Of a stretch of DNA of 64,000 bases, positions 60,167 to 64,000 are shown in pieces. Within the stretch, counting starts at the first letter, position 1. Each line of letters starts with the position of its first letter. Source of the stretch: an uncultured delta proteobacterium (GTDB lineage Bacteria > Desulfobacterota > Binatia > UBA9968); NCBI GenBank assembly GCA_963745835.1, contig CAVUZH010000013.1, forward strand, positions 32,001-96,000. The letters run 5' to 3'. The notes under the pieces were generated by a model. The model was not told the origin of the DNA. It saw only the letters and a list, made by a program, of their open reading frames with translations, and did not search any database. The position numbers were made by a program, and so were the translations under genes.

Positions 60167-61687
60167 GTGAAGCAGTGGAATTTGCTGCCATCCCCGGCAG
60201 AAATAGTCTTTATTTCCATTTTTTTGAGGCTCGTATTCAACCCCGGGATATTGCTAAGTGACGGCGATACCGGATATCACATACGTGCCGGTGAAATTAT
60301 TATACAGACTCATGCCGTTCCAAAAACCGATATCTTTTCTCTTTGGACGCCTCCCCTTAGCTGGACGGCTCACGAGTGGTTATCTGAAGTACTTATGGCG
60401 CTAGTCCACCAACATGCCGGGCTCCTAGGAGTTGTTGTTCTTTTCTCGTTAACCATAGCGATGACCAATGTCCTTCTATTTAAGATGTTGCGAGGCGATA
60501 GTGAGGACGTTCTGATGCCACTACTCCTTACACTGGTGGCCGCAACTACCTCTTCCATACATTGGCTCGCCCGACCTCACATCTTTTCTCTTATGCTAAC
60601 CGTGATTTGGTATTCGGTCCTAAATCGATTTCACTATCGAGGTAAGAACCAGCTCTTTGTCCTACCCTTTCTTATGCTCTTATGGGTGAATTTGCATGGC
60701 GGATTTATCTTTGGGTTGATGCTCCTCCTAGTCTACTTTTTGGGAAATTTGGCAGCTTTATACTTCAGTGAAAAAAGCGAAGCACAGGAACATCTTTCCA
60801 AATTAAAATCTATTGTGATAATTTTTGCAGCTTGCCTGTTGGCATCATTGTGCAATCCGCAAGGCTATCGCATCCTCATTTTTCCCTTTGCTTTGGCATC
60901 TGATCCGTTTTTAATGAACAATGTTCGTGAGTTTCTGTCACCGAATTTTCACCAGCCAATAGCATTTAAATATCTACTACTATCAACCATTGCATTGTTT
61001 GCCTTTTCACGCGTCGCTTTGAATTGGATTGAAGTTGGACTCGTTATCCTAACCACGTATATGGCGCTGTATTCAGCGAGATACATACCGCTTTACGCAA
61101 TCATAACCGCACCAATTTTATTTCGGCTAGTAGATCGACTAAAACACGACCTTCCACTAAATGCCATGAAGTGGCTAGATCGCCGGTCGGCGAGTTTTAG
61201 ACTGATCGATCGAGGAAGCATAGGGTGCCTCTGGCTAACTGCAACGATCCTCGTTGTGCTCACACTCGCATACATGAGCAGACTTCATGCGGAGTTTGAC
61301 GATAAACTTTTTCCGAAAAAAGCTGTGGACTTTATACTGGCGGAAAATATTTCCGGCAATATTTTCAACAACGAGGAGTTCGGAGATTACATAATTTATA
61401 AAGCCTGGCCTAAGTACAGGGTATTTTTCGACGGCCGATCGGATATGTATGGTGCGATCTTAGGAGGTGAATACCTTAAAGTAGCCCGCACGCTTCCTGG
61501 ATGGCAAGATGTACTCCAAAACCGCCAAGTGAATTGGGTGTTTTTTAATACTAACTCCACGCTTTCATCGGTGCTCAGCATGAATCCTGATTGGCAATTA
61601 ATATACTCAGATCCGGTCGCAAGAATTTTCGTCCGAGATAAACCCGAATATCAACATCTTATTGCTAAGTATAGTTCTAAATTGTGA
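60167..61687 (+). CDS. Polytopic membrane protein, putative GT-C glycosyltransferase
   Basis: DGDTGYHIRAGE, HEWLSE, RPH, WVNLHGGF, FFDGRSDMYG; acidic motif after TM1 and many TM segments. Confidence 0.6.
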   Translation: MKQWNLLPSPAEIVFISIFLRLVFNPGILLSDGDTGYHIRAGEIIIQTHAVPKTDIFSLWTPPLSWTAHEWLSEVLMALVHQHAGLLGVVVLFSLTIAMTNVLLFKMLRGDSEDVLMPLLLTLVAATTSSIHWLARPHIFSLMLTVIWYSVLNRFHYRGKNQLFVLPFLMLLWVNLHGGFIFGLMLLLVYFLGNLAALYFSEKSEAQEHLSKLKSIVIIFAACLLASLCNPQGYRILIFPFALASDPFLMNNVREFLSPNFHQPIAFKYLLLSTIALFAFSRVALNWIEVGLVILTTYMALYSARYIPLYAIITAPILFRLVDRLKHDLPLNAMKWLDRRSASFRLIDRGSIGCLWLTATILVVLTLAYMSRLHAEFDDKLFPKKAVDFILAENISGNIFNNEEFGDYIIYKAWPKYRVFFDGRSDMYGAILGGEYLKVARTLPGWQDVLQNRQVNWVFFNTNSTLSSVLSMNPDWQLIYSDPVARIFVRDKPEYQHLIAKYSSKL

Positions 61688-61990
61688 CTCGCTGTCTACC
61701 GAAGGGTGCACAGGTTAATCGACCAAAACTAATTACGATTTGCCCGTCAGATAGTAAGATACTTAAGAACTTCAAATACACTATCAAACGACCAGGGTGA
61801 ATACATTTTTGTCCGGAGTGCCACAGATTGTTCTGAGTCGCCAGGTGACCTTTGACGCTTAACATTGCAACTCGACAGTACAAACGACGTTAAAGGTGCG
61901 AAATGGGTTGTTCCTATGACGATATAGGTCAAACAGTATAGTGCCCAACAAGAACTAGATATGGAACCATTGTCTATAAGTGTAACATCA

Positions 61991-62006
61991 TGGCATGCAC
62001 TTTGCG
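61991..62006 (+). promoter_or_regulatory. sigma54 -24/-12 promoter for the EAL gene
   Basis: TGGCATGCACTTTGCG (GG-N10-GC), 90 bp upstream of ATG 62097. Confidence 0.65.
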
Positions 62007-62096
62007 TTTAGCAAAATATGAATAACCGCCGACTGTATACAACCATGCCAATCGATAAAACGTTATCTGCAGATAGCTAGCCGCAAGAGATCAATT

Positions 62097-63467
62097 ATGA
62101 CTCAGAACATAAGCGATCTATCTGCCGATGCTGTATTTCAGCTACGGCTACAACAGGCAATATTGGTTGCGCAGCATACCGTCAAGCAAGTGGGTTTATT
62201 ACTCGTCGGATTCGACTGTCCAGACCATTCGACATCCGATCTCATGCGAATGCCAAACTTTTCGGACTCAGTTTGGGGTCGATTGAGGAACACTCTGAGG
62301 GATTCTGATACTGTCGTGTGCCGGGAAAGTGGCGAAATGGCAGTACTGCTTCCCTCTGTAAACAGTCCCGATGACGTCGTTGTAGTCGCCAAAAAACTTC
62401 TCGGCAGTTTACATGAACCTATATCCATACACGGCCTAAAGACCGATATCCGACCGCGGGTGGGAATCTCATTGTTTCCCGAGCACGCGTCCAATGCCGT
62501 CACGTTGATGCAACGCGCGGAAAACGCCTTAGACTTCGGCCGGCGTAATAAAAATAGTTACACTCTGTACTCTCACGTAGGCGGCACTGTTAAACGAAGC
62601 ACTCTGAGCATGGGCCAGCTTAGGCAAGCCATCGTTGCTGATCAACTTTTTTTGCTTTACCAACCTAAAATCAGCTTCAAGGAGCAGTACGTCTCGGGTC
62701 TGGAAGTGCTTACGCGATGGCAACAGCCTGATCTGGGACTCATCTCGCCCGACGAATTCATACCGGTCGCTGAACGTACCGGTCTAATTATTCCACTGAC
62801 CCTCTGGGTTCTGAAGCAGTCGCTCCTTCAATGCCGCACCTGGCGCGAAATCGGAATCGACATCGGCGTTGCTGTAAATCTTTCAATGTGGAATTTAGAT
62901 GCGCAGGAACTGCCCACCCAAATCAGTAGCCTGCTCGAAAATACCGGGATCCCGGCGGATCGTTTAGAACTCGAGATAACTGAGAGCGCGATCATGGGCG
63001 ATCCCCAACGCGCTATTCGGACTCTCTCTCTGATTCGCGATTTAGGCGTTCGATTTGCAATCGATGATTTCGGAACGGGCTACTCCTCACTCGCATATCT
63101 GAAGAAACTTCCCGTTAGTAGTATCAAAATAGATAAGTCATTTGTGCGAAACATGGAGCACGATCGAGATAATGCGATCATTGTCCGATCGATTATCGAT
63201 TTGGGTCACAATCTGGGGCTTAAAGTTGTAGCTGAAGGTGTCGAAACGAAGGAAGCGCAAGATATGCTCCGGAGTTTCGATTGCGATGAAATGCAAGGAT
63301 ACTACTATAGCCGTCCAATACCGGCGGATGCGGTCACTAAATATCTCAAAACACCACCCTCTCAATCTATACAGTCATCAACTGTGGACGATCGGAGTTC
63401 CGCGGGAGCTCCACTATCGATCAAACGGAATGTCATCGACAATCCAAAATCACAACGCCTGCCATAA
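62097..63467 (+). CDS. c-di-GMP phosphodiesterase with degenerate GGDEF plus EAL domain
   Basis: GGDEF degenerate (CRESGEMAV); EVLTRW, ELEITES, IDDFGTGYSSL, KIDKSF, VAEGVE, QGYY intact. Confidence 0.9.
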   Translation: MTQNISDLSADAVFQLRLQQAILVAQHTVKQVGLLLVGFDCPDHSTSDLMRMPNFSDSVWGRLRNTLRDSDTVVCRESGEMAVLLPSVNSPDDVVVVAKKLLGSLHEPISIHGLKTDIRPRVGISLFPEHASNAVTLMQRAENALDFGRRNKNSYTLYSHVGGTVKRSTLSMGQLRQAIVADQLFLLYQPKISFKEQYVSGLEVLTRWQQPDLGLISPDEFIPVAERTGLIIPLTLWVLKQSLLQCRTWREIGIDIGVAVNLSMWNLDAQELPTQISSLLENTGIPADRLELEITESAIMGDPQRAIRTLSLIRDLGVRFAIDDFGTGYSSLAYLKKLPVSSIKIDKSFVRNMEHDRDNAIIVRSIIDLGHNLGLKVVAEGVETKEAQDMLRSFDCDEMQGYYYSRPIPADAVTKYLKTPPSQSIQSSTVDDRSSAGAPLSIKRNVIDNPKSQRLP

Positions 63468-63572
63468 TTTTCTAAACTGCTCCTGATATGTGGCAGATCG
63501 CGAATCAAGCCTGACAATTGTGGTAAGCTCCCCTAACCAAATCCGGCCGATTTTGCTCACGATGTTTTAGCT

Positions 63573-64000
63573 TCACTTAGCCGCTTTGCGTTTTTTAAGC
63601 TCGTCCATCAATTGCGGAATGACTTTGAAAACATCGCCGACTACACCGAAATCCGAGTACTGAAATATTGGTGCATCCGCATCTTTATTGATTGAGATGA
63701 TCGTCTTGGAAGTCTTCATTCCGGACAGATGCTGCACGGCTCCGGAAATTCCACAGGCTATGTACAAATCCGGTTTAACTGTTTTGCCTGTTTGGCCGAC
63801 TTGCATGGAGTAAGGCACCCATCCTGCGTCGACTGCAGCTCGGGTCGCACCTACGGCACCATCGAGAAGTTCGGCTAAATCTTTCAAAATCGCAAAATTC
63901 TCCTCACCTTTAAGTCCACGCCCGCCAGAGACTATAATTTTCGCGCCGTCGAGCTGCGGACCCTCGCGTTTGACCGTTACTCGATCCTTCACTCGAAGCT
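63573..64000 (-). CDS. etfA: Electron transfer flavoprotein alpha subunit, 3' part
   Basis: [39 protein letters not shown]. Confidence 0.93.
   Translation of the reverse strand, partial: LRVKDRVTVKREGPQLDGAKIIVSGGRGLKGEENFAILKDLAELLDGAVGATRAAVDAGWVPYSMQVGQTGKTVKPDLYIACGISGAVQHLSGMKTSKTIISINKDADAPIFQYSDFGVVGDVFKVIPQLMDELKKRKAAK

Overview
Bacterial chromosomal window. The gene families and intergenic repeats suggest a Candidatus Binatia/Deltaproteobacteria-like organism; this is inferred from content only. It has three parts. (1) About 1-38 kb is a dense accessory uptake and catabolism region. It holds nine solute-binding proteins (Fe/polyamine-type ABC, PhnD-like, TctC, SsuA-like), two ABC ATPase/permease sets, and many putative (hetero)aromatic/amide catabolic enzymes, with no recognisable transcription regulator. 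Many of these intact enzymes lack their family's canonical catalytic or metal residues (two cyclases, isochorismatase, M20, M24, two SDRs, and an Asp/Glu-racemase-fold protein at 45 kb). Three paralogous HGD-like bicupins cluster at 30-37 kb. Gene remnants and several intergenic repeat families are also present: GTTC(A/C)A periodic elements ending in a hairpin, a 126-128 bp MITE pair, a REP doublet and an orphan structured noncoding segment. (2) About 38-46 kb is mixed: a CADD/PqqC-like diiron enzyme, gor, an MFS transporter and an orphan ParB-like protein. (3) About 46-64 kb is a visibly more AT-rich Tad/Flp pilus locus followed by DsbA. Divergent from it lie a REC-GGDEF cyclase, a histidine kinase, a putative GT-C glycosyltransferase and an EAL phosphodiesterase, with sigma54 -24/-12 sites before flp and the EAL gene. 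The window ends in the 3' part of etfA. No rRNA, tRNA, CRISPR or intact transposase was seen.
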